64,000 bases of DNA from Eutreptiella sp. 'Long Island Sound 2002' (GCA_964036045.1 OZ038378.1:198772001-198836000), one strand, 5' to 3'. Shown: positions 36,711 to 48,039, counted from the stretch's first letter. Notes: a model not told the origin generated them from the sequence alone. Numbers and translations: made by a program.

Positions 36711-36999
36711 TGCCTGTGCCTGTCCTGTTCTTGCTGGTTCTGGGCTTTGGTCGCTTTGCGTCATCCACGTGTGTGTGCGTGACTGGTCGGTATCACAAGC
36801 CTCGGTGGGCCTGAAGCAGGGCAGGGGAGGGGCAGGGCCTGACTTTCCCAATTTACGCATGTGACGAGCAGAAACGTTTAATTGTTGCTCTGTCCCGTGC
36901 GGGCCTCTGGTCCAGCGCAGCTGCCTGGGGCTATCCTCGAGTTCGAGGCCATGGTGGTGGGTCAGGATGCGTGCCTCTCTGCCCTCCGCCTGCTCTGCA

Positions 37000-37076
37000 G
37001 AAAGGCGCCTATTGGCGGCGAACATGCTTTGTCTTGTTTGACGACCCAACTGACGAGGATTCTGACACTCGGAAAC
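37000..37076 (+). ncRNA. Hammerhead core, type II, unit 4 (acceptor form with perfect anti-SL arm)
   Basis: Pyrimidine tract + CAG (AG 36999-37000); GAAA 37000-03; AGGCGCCT; CUA (after 37011); stem I TTGG 37012-15/CCAA 37046-49 (fully covaried relative to units 1 and 3), inner CGAACA/TGTTTG; CTGACGA-G 37050-57; GACACTCGGAAAC 37064-76 is the reverse complement of 35174-35186. Confidence 0.8.
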
Positions 37077-37333
37077 CGCGTTCTGCCCGTTTCTCTTGCA
37101 ATGTTGTCTGTGTATGTGTATGTGTATGTGTGTGGGTGGGTGGGTGGATGGGTGCGTGTGCGCGTACACGTGCAGTCCCCACTGGTGACAGACAAAGGGC
37201 AGGCAAATGCGGGCCGTCCGAGTGCGATGCAGGTTGCGATGGCTGATGCGGTCCCTGAGGAGCCATGATCGCTAATGGGCACACTGTTATATATGATCCA
37301 CGACAATGAACGGAGTCGGAGGATAGGTCAGTG

Positions 37334-37334
<1 letters not shown>

Positions 37335-37400
<66 letters not shown>
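37335..37400. repeat. (GT)n microsatellite
   Basis: Directly visible. Shorter GT tracts occur at 34920-34960, 35160-35174, 35885-35913 and 36100-36127. Confidence 0.95.
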
Positions 37401-38856
37401 AGTGTGTGTGCCTGTGCGGGTGCGGGTGCAGGTGCGGGTGCGTGTGCAGTCGCAGACAGTGGTGGCTCGGCGGCACAGCCGGCCCACCACCCATTTCCCT
37501 GGCGATTGTAAAGTTTTGCATAACAATTGTTTTATCGGCCAAGAATGCCGTTGCCAGCCCCGCAGCTGCTGCCTCTCGTTGCCCAGTTGGACAACTGCAC
37601 GTGCCTGTTGATGTGGAAGTGTTTGCTCGCCTTATTGTCATACAGTTGACGGAGACAGCTTTGAGTCACAGCAGGATTCAAGGGCATCCCAATGATCCGT
37701 CCATCGAAACAACACCCAAAAAAACCCACAAAAAATGCAACGGTTTTTTGACTCCAGCACAACCGCAATAAAAAGGCATTTCGCAAAAGAAGACCCCATG
37801 GCGACCAGAGTTGGTTTTGGATAATTGCTAAAGAATTTGCGTTCAACACGCAAAGTAGTATCCTGCAAATCTCTGATATCCACAAGGTACGCAGCGCATA
37901 CATCAGATCCTGATCCTTCACACAGCTACAGTCCGTCCATGCAGCGCCAACGAGGGTCAGAATCAATCATTTCAGCTGCGGTGTGGTATTGGCGCGCGGC
38001 TGTAATGCAGCAGCCCAGCCGTACACGGCTACCATGGGCATCGACGTGTGCGCTGACGGTTCCCCAACTGATTTCTCACCCCTTCTTCGGAAGCTTCCCT
38101 TTGTCCTGAACCCCCTGTCCATGTCCAGGGGGGCGGTGGAACGTTGAGCGAATGTCATAGAAGTGCTGCCTGTAGATAACAGGCCATGAAAGTGCATCGT
38201 AGCAGAAAGAAGAGGAGAGGCATCATGAGGATGTTTTTGAGGAGCCGCAGCCTAGTGTCACCTACTCACCCCCGGCGACGGGGGCTGATGAACATGGGGC
38301 ACCCACCAAGTAGCGGCAAAGACCTCCCACCTGTGCTTTCTTGTCATCCTCCGGTCGTTTCAGCTGTCCCTGCTCGGAAGCAGTACTCCTGTGTGCCCGC
38401 TGGCGTTACAAGGTGGCTGCTGCTGGCATTCGGTGACGGGGTGATGTGCTGCCCCCTGGTTTCCCTCAGGGTTGAGGAGGCCCCCTGTTGCTGATGGAGC
38501 CTTTGCACTGACGTTCATGCCCTAAGCACAGCCCCGAGAAGTGCACATGATCAGGCAATGACGGGCATGGGGAAAGTGGTTGGGCTTTTACCCCAGATCT
38601 AACGGCCAGTTTCCGGGGGTTTCCGCTCCGTTTGACTTCACCATGACTGTGGATGTCAGCTGCCAGAGCACGGTCATCTTTACACTGAGGCCCCAGTGCA
38701 CCCCTCTCCTCTGCCCATGGAATCTGGAGTTCACACGCATCTGTCTCCAGACAGTAGTTACCAGAAGGGGTTATCTAATATACCCAGGGCCTTTTGGACC
38801 GGTTTGAACCTGTGTGCGAATGTGTGTGTATATTTGAGTGAGAGTGTGTGTGTGTA

Positions 38857-38871
38857 TGAGAGAGCGAGAGA

Positions 38872-38934
<63 letters not shown>

Positions 38935-39090
38935 TGAGTTGATGGGTGGATGGATGGGTTGGCAGGCCGATGACTGAGTGCGTGTAGCGAGCTGGGGAGT
39001 GAGTGAGCAAGTGTTTGAGCTCATGAGTGACTCGCTCGTTCTCTCTCTCTCTCTCTCTCCCCTTCTTCTTCTTCTTCTCTCTCTCTCTCT
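38857..39090. repeat. (GA)n tract followed by a (CT)n/(CTT)n tract
   Basis: GA run 38857-38931; CT-rich run 39040-39090. Confidence 0.95.
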
Positions 39091-41771
39091 GTGTGTGTGT
39101 GCTTCGTTCTGACCGTGTGTGTGTGCGTGGGTGGGAGGGTCGGTGCTCGGGTGGGTGGGTATGTGGAGGGATGAATGGGTGGCCTGCCTTGAGACCGACT
39201 GGGATTGTCGGGCATCCATATTCGCAGGACGCAGTCTGCCACCTCCCAGCACTCTTCATCAAATCGTTCGATGTTGACAGCCTTGAGGCTTAATGGCGGA
39301 ATGGCACGGCAATAGTCCAGGGTAGTGCCCGAACCGAAAAGCCATGCTCATGGTACATGGGGGCAGACTGTAGCACCCCGCATCAACCACAACAGCGATG
39401 CCAAGCGTTGTTTGGAGTCCCAAGTTGAATGATGTCGTTTCAAAGCTCCAGGAATAGTGCTGAAGAGGGGATGGGCGTAGCAAATAGGGAGGAGCCTTGG
39501 TACAGCACATGGGAGGCTGGCTTCCCCAGGGGTTGTGGAGTACCATTGGGCTGCCAATGCTCTCTTTCACTATGTAAGAGGCATGTAAGCAGCGGCCTCG
39601 AGATTGGCATGCAATGTTCTGCTTTTTTTTTTATACAGCTTTTAATTGCCAGCGGACCTTGAATTGGTAGACCGAGGACACTGACGTTTGTCCTACAGTC
39701 AAATACATGAAACGAATTTGGGACAGTTTGACCACCAACTCATGTCACTGTACTGAAGCATACTATTTGTGAGCCCGCACCCACTGTCTGCTAACCGCCG
39801 ACTGCCGGTGCTTTAGTGCCAGCCACAACTGCCCTCTTATGGTTCCAGCAACATGCCTGCCTGTGTTCAAAGTGGGCGTCCTGTTACGCAGATTTGTCTG
39901 CATGGGATGATTTGCCAGTGGGGCCGTTCCCCGCGAGGAGGGGTTGTCCTGCATGAAGCGCACTGGGCGCAGGTTGGGGGGCAACGCCCGGAATGCCCCC
40001 GTCACGACAGGTCCAGCCAACGTTCAGCGGAACTCTGGCTTTCTTTCTGTGATTCTTTTTTGTTAGTTACCACAGCAGCCGAGTGCCATCCGTTGTGGCC
40101 TCTGTGCTCAATGAGCGTGTGTCAAAGGTTGCGTGACGAACCCAACCCGGAATGCCCCTCCACCCGCCCCACCACCGAGGGGGGAGGCCAGCATATCTCC
40201 CAGCTTCCATCCATTGCACACTGTACAATGGGATGCACAATGGTGTTGAACCCTTGTTCCCAATTCGCTTGGTGCAAGGGAAGTCGAGTTCTCACTTGCA
40301 GGGGGGGGCAGGTCGATAGAGCCCCCGAAAACCGGTGGACGGGGGGAATGGAAAGGGCTCAATTGACAGGACCATTAATCAGTTATTTGAAGTTCGGCAC
40401 CGAAGGCGCCGCATCTTTTTTGAGCATTGAAAATGGTCAATTCTTTTTTTGCACCAAATACATGGCAAATGATGACTTTTCCTCGACACACTGATTACAA
40501 AAATCCCATTTTCAGTTTTTGCCGAATTTGCCTCTTGAGCCCCTTCTGGGGGGCCCAAGCCAGAGGGCTGTATCGACCCCCCCCCCCTGCGCAATCGAAA
40601 GCCCGGGCACCCCAACAAAGAATCTCACACTTCAAGGTTAAGGTCTTATTTCACAAGTGAAGCTGACCCCACCTGCCACAATAGCCTCACCACTGCACCT
40701 TTGCATTGCAGAGAGCCACCTGAGCATTGTCCCCTTTGGTCTCTGGGTTGACCTTGCTTCTCCCCATTGCGCCTACACGTGTGTGAAGGCGATGCCATGA
40801 CACGTGCCATGCACCAGCATGTGGTAAACACCAGTTCGTCACCCCCCCAATCTGTCAGGGGTGCTTGGGAGTAAAGGCTGCTGGACTATGATGCACAGCA
40901 TGCAGCACATACGGTGAGCTTATCAACAAAGGAGTCCTGATTTGCGACAAGTATGATCCAAATTGAGGATGGCGTCTTTGCACGATCTGTGTTCAATGTG
41001 TGCACGCCAAGCCGAGGGGCAGGAAATCATCAAAACTGAGTGAAAAGTGGTCTCAGTGGTTTATTTTTGCTGGTAAATTACTGACACCAAATTAGGGCAG
41101 CAGCGAGAATGGAGAAAGCAGCTTGCTTTTTTCATTAATTTCAGCTGGTAGATTTCAATCCCAACCCCTGCCCATTGACCCTAATTCCCACCCATTGACG
41201 CCTCGTAGAAGCCCAGACCCCGTCAGCCTTCCTACGAAAATGTCCCCTGTCTAGCAACCCAACAATCACTATTGCTTCTAGGAGAGGTGTCAGATGTCGC
41301 CCCAGAAAGTTGAGGTACTCCATGGGTTCGCAGGTACTGATGTTACAGAGCGATTGCATTCTCAAGTGTGCAAGAAGGAATTGCAAAAGGGAAGTCAGCA
41401 AAAGTGAGTGAAATCAAAAATTGTGAATGTGTGTAAAATTCAAATAAGGGTGGACGAAGTTCAGCAGAGCTGAGCAAAGCATGTTGTGTCAAGGACACTT
41501 ACTACACCCATTTTTCGCTGGTTTACCAAAATTTGCTGCTGTCACCAAGAATTGGTTTCTGTCTGTTGTGGCATTTCAAAAGGGTTATTTGGCTGTTGCC
41601 ACACATTGGGCCATCAGACTGTATTTGACGTGCATCCTTTATGGAACCACTGGTCCTCCCTACGCAGTAGGGGTTGCGAAGTTATCTAATTTGGTGAGGA
41701 CATGCCACGGAAGCATATGGGACATTTAAGAGTCATTTCAGTCAGGAAGATTAGCACAGTGGGGGCTCAAC

Positions 41772-43920
41772 AGCGACCATTCCCGGGTTTTAGCGGCCAT
41801 TCCCAGTTTTTAGCAGCCATTCCAGGTTGTTACCAGCCATAGCCGCCTTTTCGCGACCATTCCCGGTTTTTAGCGACCATTCTCGGTTTTTAGCTGGGTT
41901 TTAGTGACCGTTCCCGGTTTGTAGCAACCTTGTCCTGGTTTCTAGCGAGCAATCGTGGTTTTTAGCATGCATTCTTGGTTTTTAGCTACCATACCTGGTT
42001 TATAGCGACTTGCGGCAAATTCGCACCCCTCACAGAGGCATGCCTTGTACACCACCGCTCCCCGCGGCTGTTACGGCGGCACACCGGCACCAAGGGGGGG
42101 GGGGGGGGGGCAGGAGAAGTTATGTGCAGGATGCACAGCTGGCCGTGCCGGGGGACCCCCCCCCTCCCACTCCTCCACGAGAGTGTCGCGCAGGAGTGGG
42201 GATTCAAGGGCTGCTGCGACAGAACCCCTCGCCTCCTTTCTTGCCGCCGGTGACCCTCTCCACGCGATGGTCACCGGCTATCACATCCAGCTGGTACTCT
42301 AGGTGGGCGTCTCCGATGACGGACTGGTGGCCGGCGTGCACTTCATGGGAAGGAGAGGATGACATTCAGGACTCCCTACTGCCGGTTGAACTAGCGCCCA
42401 TGTTTGCGGCTACCGCTGCTTCCCATGCCCCTTCCCCTCCTCATGTATCCTCCTCTGACCCCACGCAGTTGTGTGATGAGAATGCCGATTTATCGGAATA
42501 CACGGTGCATGTGGAGGCGATGCCAAGGTCGCCTAGTCCTATGACCCCTGGTTCTGGGCCCAGTGACCCCACCGAATTTGAAGTCCCGGTGGCAGAGGCG
42601 ACGTTATGCAACCGAGGACTTGCCCCGTCGGGGCTCTGTGTAGAAGACCCGCCGGCACGGCGGGTTCGCAGCTGCGTTGAGCTGCCAGGCTATGCTAGGG
42701 GCCGGATCCCCCTGCCTTCCCCTTCACATTCGGCTATGCTGTATACTATGATGCAGGTAGACAGGTCCCCGGAGGACCAGGTGGTTCATGGCCGAGCATC
42801 CACTAAGCAAGCATAAATTGCCCTATGCAAGGAGCCTCATGTCATACAGGGTCCAACTAGTCTAACCACCATGTTGACCTGTTGTCAGTGTCAGATTAGT
42901 TGTAGATATGGTGATGGCCCCATGGACTATAGTTCCTTACAATGATTTCCTTTCTTATAACGACCTTTCCCTGTTTTTAGCGACCGTCCCAATTTTGTAG
43001 CGACGGTCCACGGTTATGAGCAATCATTCCCAGCTTTTAGCGACCTTTTCCGGTACCTAGCGACCATTCCCGCTTTCTAGCGACCATTCCGGGAATGGCT
43101 TTATACACCGGAAATGGCCGTTAAGAACCGGGAATGGCCCCTAGAATCTAGGACTGGTCGCTAAAACCTAGGACTGGTTGCTAAACGCTAGGAATGGTTG
43201 CTAAACCCTAGGAATGGTGGCTAAAGACCGGGAATGGTCGCTGAAAACCGGGAATGGTTGCTAAAAGCCACAAATCATCGCTAGAAACCGGGAATGGTTC
43301 CCAAAAACCGGGAATGGTCGCCAAAAACCGGGAACGGTCGCTAAGAACCGGGAACGGTCGTAAAAAACCGGGAATGGTCGCCAACAATCGGGGACAGTCG
43401 CCAAAAACCGGTAATTCTTGCTAGAAACCGGGAACCGTTGCTTCAAACCGGGGACGTTGCTAAAACCTACGAATGGTCACAAAGAACTGGGGATGGTTGT
43501 TGAAAACCGGGAATGGTCACTAAAAACTGGGAACTGTTGGTAAGAACCTGGAATGGTCATTAAAAATTGGGAATGGTCGGTAAAAAACCGGTGGTCGCGA
43601 AAAAACAGGAAAGGTCTCCAAAAAGGGGGATTGGTTGCTCAAAACCGTGAATTGGTAAAAGCGGGGAATGGTCGCTAAAACCGGCAATGGTCCTTGGGAA
43701 GCTAGAAATGGTCACTAACAATTGCGTGGTAGCTGAGAACCGGGAATGGTCGCTAACAACCAAGAACGGTTGCTAAAAACCGGGAATTCTCGCCAAAAAC
43801 AAGTTTTGGTCTCTAAAAAGGGGGAATGGTCACTAAAACCCGGGAGCTGTCACTAAACCCGGGAGGAATGGACGCTAGAAACCAGGAATGGTCGCTAAAA
43901 ACCGGGATCGATCGCTAAAA
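41772..43920. repeat. ~20-bp minisatellite (ACCGGGAATGGTCGCTAAAA)n that inverts at 43090/43091
   Basis: Reads TTTTAGCGACCATTCCCGG at 41772-42009 and 42955-43090, then AAACCGGGAATGGTCGCTA at 43091-43920. A ~0.95-kb unrelated insert lies at 42010-42955. Confidence 0.93.
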
Positions 43921-45199
43921 TCTTGTTGCGGGATGGCCATGCACGCCCCCTGTGCGTTGCGAGTGATTGTCGTGGTCGCTTGCACATCCGCAAGCACGGT
44001 CCCCATGCTCTGGACATCTTCACTCATCACCAGCCGCTGGTGGCCCCTCACCTCAGAGCCAGAGAGCCTGAAGCGACTAGGAAGTTGAGCCTGAAAAGGG
44101 TCCATCCACAAAGAACCGCCGGGACGAGAAGGCAATGGGCGTACCAATGGGGGAGATCTGCATGCGGTGTCGCCCGCTTGCAAACCATGTTGATGGACAT
44201 CACACAAGAGGCACCAGGTACAGTGCTCCTGTACCGCAGCAACACGTACGGGACCGTGGACCTCAGTGGATACCGGGCGGCGATACGCCAGCAGCTGAGA
44301 GTGATGACCAGCACCTGGCGAGATTTGGCGGAATGGGCGGTGTTGAGATGGTTCCAACACGCCCTGAAGCGAGAGAACGCAACCCAAAGGGAGCCCTAGA
44401 GGCGATGGGTGGGAGATGGTGGATGCGACGAGGCTCCCGCGTGAAGATGTAGGATGTAGGAACCGTGGAGAGAGTGGGCCCAACACGCCTGTGGCGCCAA
44501 GGTGGCCATCTACACGAATGCAGAGGCTATGCAGGATCCAGTACCTGCCCTGGGCAGCGGACTGCCCTGGGCAGCGGACTGGGGCTAGTATAAGGATAGC
44601 GGACCGTTGGTGGGAAGCGGCAGTCCTGCTGGAGCCGTGAAGGGTTACCACGATAGGTGAGCTCCTGGGCATGGCCGTGGGTAGACGCCCAAGCGGCGGC
44701 AGCACTGGCGGAGCCTCTGCCCAAGCGCCAAAGCCACCGACTGCCGAGAGCACTCCAATGGGTAGTAGAGCAAGCGCAATGTCACCTTGATCTCCACGCC
44801 ACACACCATGACCCCTTTCCGAAGGGCGTCTGCTGTCACCTTGCTGCACTCGATGTCCTCACGTCCTTTGGTGTCCTCCGGCGGCGGCGTGTACGTGTCC
44901 CCGAACATGAGGTCCCAAAACTAGTTGATGTCTATCACCTTGACGCCGCATCGGATGGTGACCTCCACCGTGTCTTGATACCCCCGTGTTGCCTTGGGGT
45001 CGTCCACTGTGGCCTCTTACTCTTGTCCCTAGAGAGCTACACGAACGGCCAGCAGGATCTGTGCTGGCGAAACCTCGTCTTGTCGAGGACCACATCGATC
45101 CAATCCCTAATTTGTACTCAAACAATTGTTTGCCTTTTCTTTGTAAGGCAGTCTTCTGTCCGGCCACGGCATCAACAAACCACTGGGCAATGCCAGCAC

Positions 45200-48030
45200 G
45201 GTAGTCTTCTGACTCTTATTGTGTTTTTTGTGTGGTCCTTTGCGTGTGCACAAGCCAGCATGGGAGACGCCGACAACGGGTCGGGAGCAGACATGCTCCG
45301 CATGGCGGAAGCAGTGGAGGCACAGGCGAAGGAGATCGAGAGACTCCGCATGGAGCTGCAGCGCACCAACATCAAGGAGAAGGACGGCATACCAGAACTC
45401 ACGCCGGGGTCACTGGAGGAGTTCCTCCGGGAGGAAAGGGTGACCCAATGGATGCGCCTTTGTGTCGGTGCTATGAAGGAGTTCCCCAACAAGTGGGGGC
45501 GGGGGGGGCTACAACGGCCGGTGGATCGTGCGGGGGCTGGCAGAAGTGGGGACGCCCCCCCGAGAGATCATGTGCTCGCCTAGCGGAGTTGGGAGGTCCT
45601 GTGCAAGTCCCATACCGCCCACCATGTATATTGCTAGAGCAGGGCAGGAACCGAAAGGAAGGTCACCATATGGATCCCTGCATGAAGCAGCTCTGGGCAA
45701 TGATTTCCACTAGGAAAATTTGCACTTCCGCGAAGTGGGCGGGGTGCTGAGTGGGCGAACCCGAGCTGGAGAATGGATCCCTTTGGAATCAGCGCGTGTC
45801 GCGGATTGCAGGAGATCCGTTCAGAAGGGGGCTGCCTTGCCATCAAAGCACTGGCACTTCCAGTGTCCCCATTGGAGCTGAAAGCCGGCAGTGGGGTGAG
45901 GTATCCGGTGCCCTGCTCCATGCAACCACGAGAGCCGGTTGCACAGGTGAGGGCGTCAGCCGCAGGGGAGTGTGAGCGCTCTTATCGCTGGATTTGGTCT
46001 CGTTGGTGCATGCTAGGGAACGAGGACCAACCCAGCGGTCCTGAAGCTTGGGCCAGCCGATCTTGGAGGGCTGGGACTCGCAAGGCATGCCCAGAAGCTT
46101 GCCAAGATCGCCGCGTTCCAGGAGGCCAGTGGAGAGACGTCGCTGGTTGGGTTACTGGCAAAATTCATGGCAGCCAAAGCCGAAGCTGGCGAGCGGCAGT
46201 CCACCCTGCGTGGGTATAATGAGGCCGTGTGGGCCGCTAAAGACCTCGGATGGATTGGACCCGTCGTACAACAAATCCACAAGCGCATTGTGCAAGCGGC
46301 ATCCCGGGTGGGCTTCTAGCCCTGGTGGCCCCTTGAGGGGCTGTGCGTCCGGTTTGAGAGAGTTGAGGTGCATCTCGGACCGTCGCCAATGGCATATGTT
46401 GCTGTCCTTTGTTGGGTCATGTGGCTCAGGGTTGGCAAGGTCTTTGGCCTCAGCCTGGCGGACGCATCGTTGCCCCCCTGACTGTAGTTCTGAAACTCGA
46501 AAACGGGGGAGAATGGGTGGCAGTTCAGACCCCTCTCCCAGTGGACGGACGGGTTCCGCGAGGCCCTGTTCCGTTGGGGCGCGGCCAGGGGCCTGAGAGG
46601 AGACGACCACCTCTTCCCTGGAGGTGGTGTGTGGCTAGAGCAAGAGATCCTGTAGGTCCTGGGCCCAACGCCTTGGAGGTGCTGCCAATGGCATGCTTTA
46701 CGTAGGGGTGGCAGCGCTACGTGCTACACTCGCCACCCCCAGATGCAATTCTTCCTATGGTGGGGAAGATGGCGCAGCGTCGGCACGGCCCTACGCTATG
46801 CAACGGCGTTCCAAGACGCAGCGGTCGTGGGCCATCTTCGACTGCCTCGGGAGGCCGGCTCACAAGGGGGGGGGGGGGGGCGGGTTAAGGAGTTGTCGCA
46901 CCTAGAGATTTGGGCTCCCAATATTTTCCTAGCAGAAGCGGAACCGCTCGCCCCTGCTGCATTCTAGCCCCCCCCCCCCCGCGTGGGCTGATGTCCTATT
47001 TGATCCCCACCCGCCCTGCGACCAGGAGGTAGGGGGGGGTCTGCTCCCGACACGACTACCGGCTCCCACGCCACTAGCGCCGCCTCCCTGCCTGCACCCC
47101 CCCCCCCCCCCAAGGCCCCCGGGGGATAGAGGGGTCGTCAACGTTGATTTCAGTGACGTCTCCGGATGACGGGGAGGGAGGGCGGGGCGATCGAGCGTGG
47201 TCAGCAGCGGGGTAGTTGGCATTCACCCTCGGCTCCCGAGCCCGACCCCCCACGCCCAGGTCAAAGTTTTAGGGGCACAGAGGGGAGGGGGACCCATATT
47301 GATTTAAAGAATGCCTTCTGGAGTTTTGGCTTGCCTGAGTCCGCCAAAACATTGTTCCGTCTGAGGTCGGGTTGACGCGGGTGGTGTGGTCCCACGAGGT
47401 AGCCCACCTGCAAATGTTTGTGGCGGTTTGGCGGTCTCAGAAAAGGGTCATGCAGTCGTTTTCGGGATTTCTACACTGGCAAGTGCGGCCCCGTGGGCTG
47501 GCGTGCCCCTTTGCGGTAGGGGCCTGTTGCTGGCTTATCAGGGATATGGGTGGGCATACCCCTCCGGCGGTTTTGGACTCCCTGGTGGTATTACAGGTAA
47601 AGGCGGCGGAAGCTTGGTGTGCCCCATGTGCGGATGTGCAGACCATATGTCTCAAGTTGGGTTTGAGGCGCTGGTGGGGAAATGGTGGGAGGGCCCGGGG
47701 TTGGTTCTGTTTGTGGATGGAGCCCATGATGGGCCTTTTTGGAGAATCGGAGGAATTTTGGAGCATATAGGAGTCAGGTCTGCAGTCGCTATGCGTCTGA
47801 GATCCCAAGAGTCGGTAGCTGGTGGAGCTCCAGTCGCCTGGCGATTGCGCCTGGCTGTTGGGTTGGGATATGCTTCTGACCCTGGTCACTGACTCGGAAG
47901 TCGCCATTGCCTAGCTGCTTAGGATAAGGGCTAAGAGCGTGCTTAGTGCCTAGCAAGAAGGTGTTGTGGGGCCTGGTTCGACGCTTGGTCTCCTCCAGGA
48001 GTCATCCACTGTGTTTGTCAGCCCCCCCCC
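45200..48030 (+). mobile_element. Second decayed YR retrotransposon (gag-YR-RT with internal deletion-RNaseH)
   Basis: Gag-like ORF from ATG 45260; WLRVGK; WHALRRGG (46689) and WWGRWRS...RY; RT start IDLKNAFWS (47301) runs into post-RT sequence with no YxDD; RNase H LFVDG (47710). Confidence 0.82.
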
Positions 48031-48039
48031 CCCCCGCCC

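Noticed and set aside
35043-37076. CTGACGA motifs as box C/D snoRNA elements
   Set aside because: No consistent terminal box C and box D with a closing stem. The GAAA-palindrome-UH-covarying stem-CUGANGA layout fits a hammerhead better.
37275-39293. ORFs rich in CVCV, THTH, RERE or SLSL
   Set aside because: Translations of dinucleotide microsatellites; likewise YGTVR/PYRTV at 50376-50805.
41141-41750. EPMEYLNFLG as an RT motif on the minus strand
   Set aside because: A single loose motif with no YxDD or other RT blocks recognisable; left unannotated.
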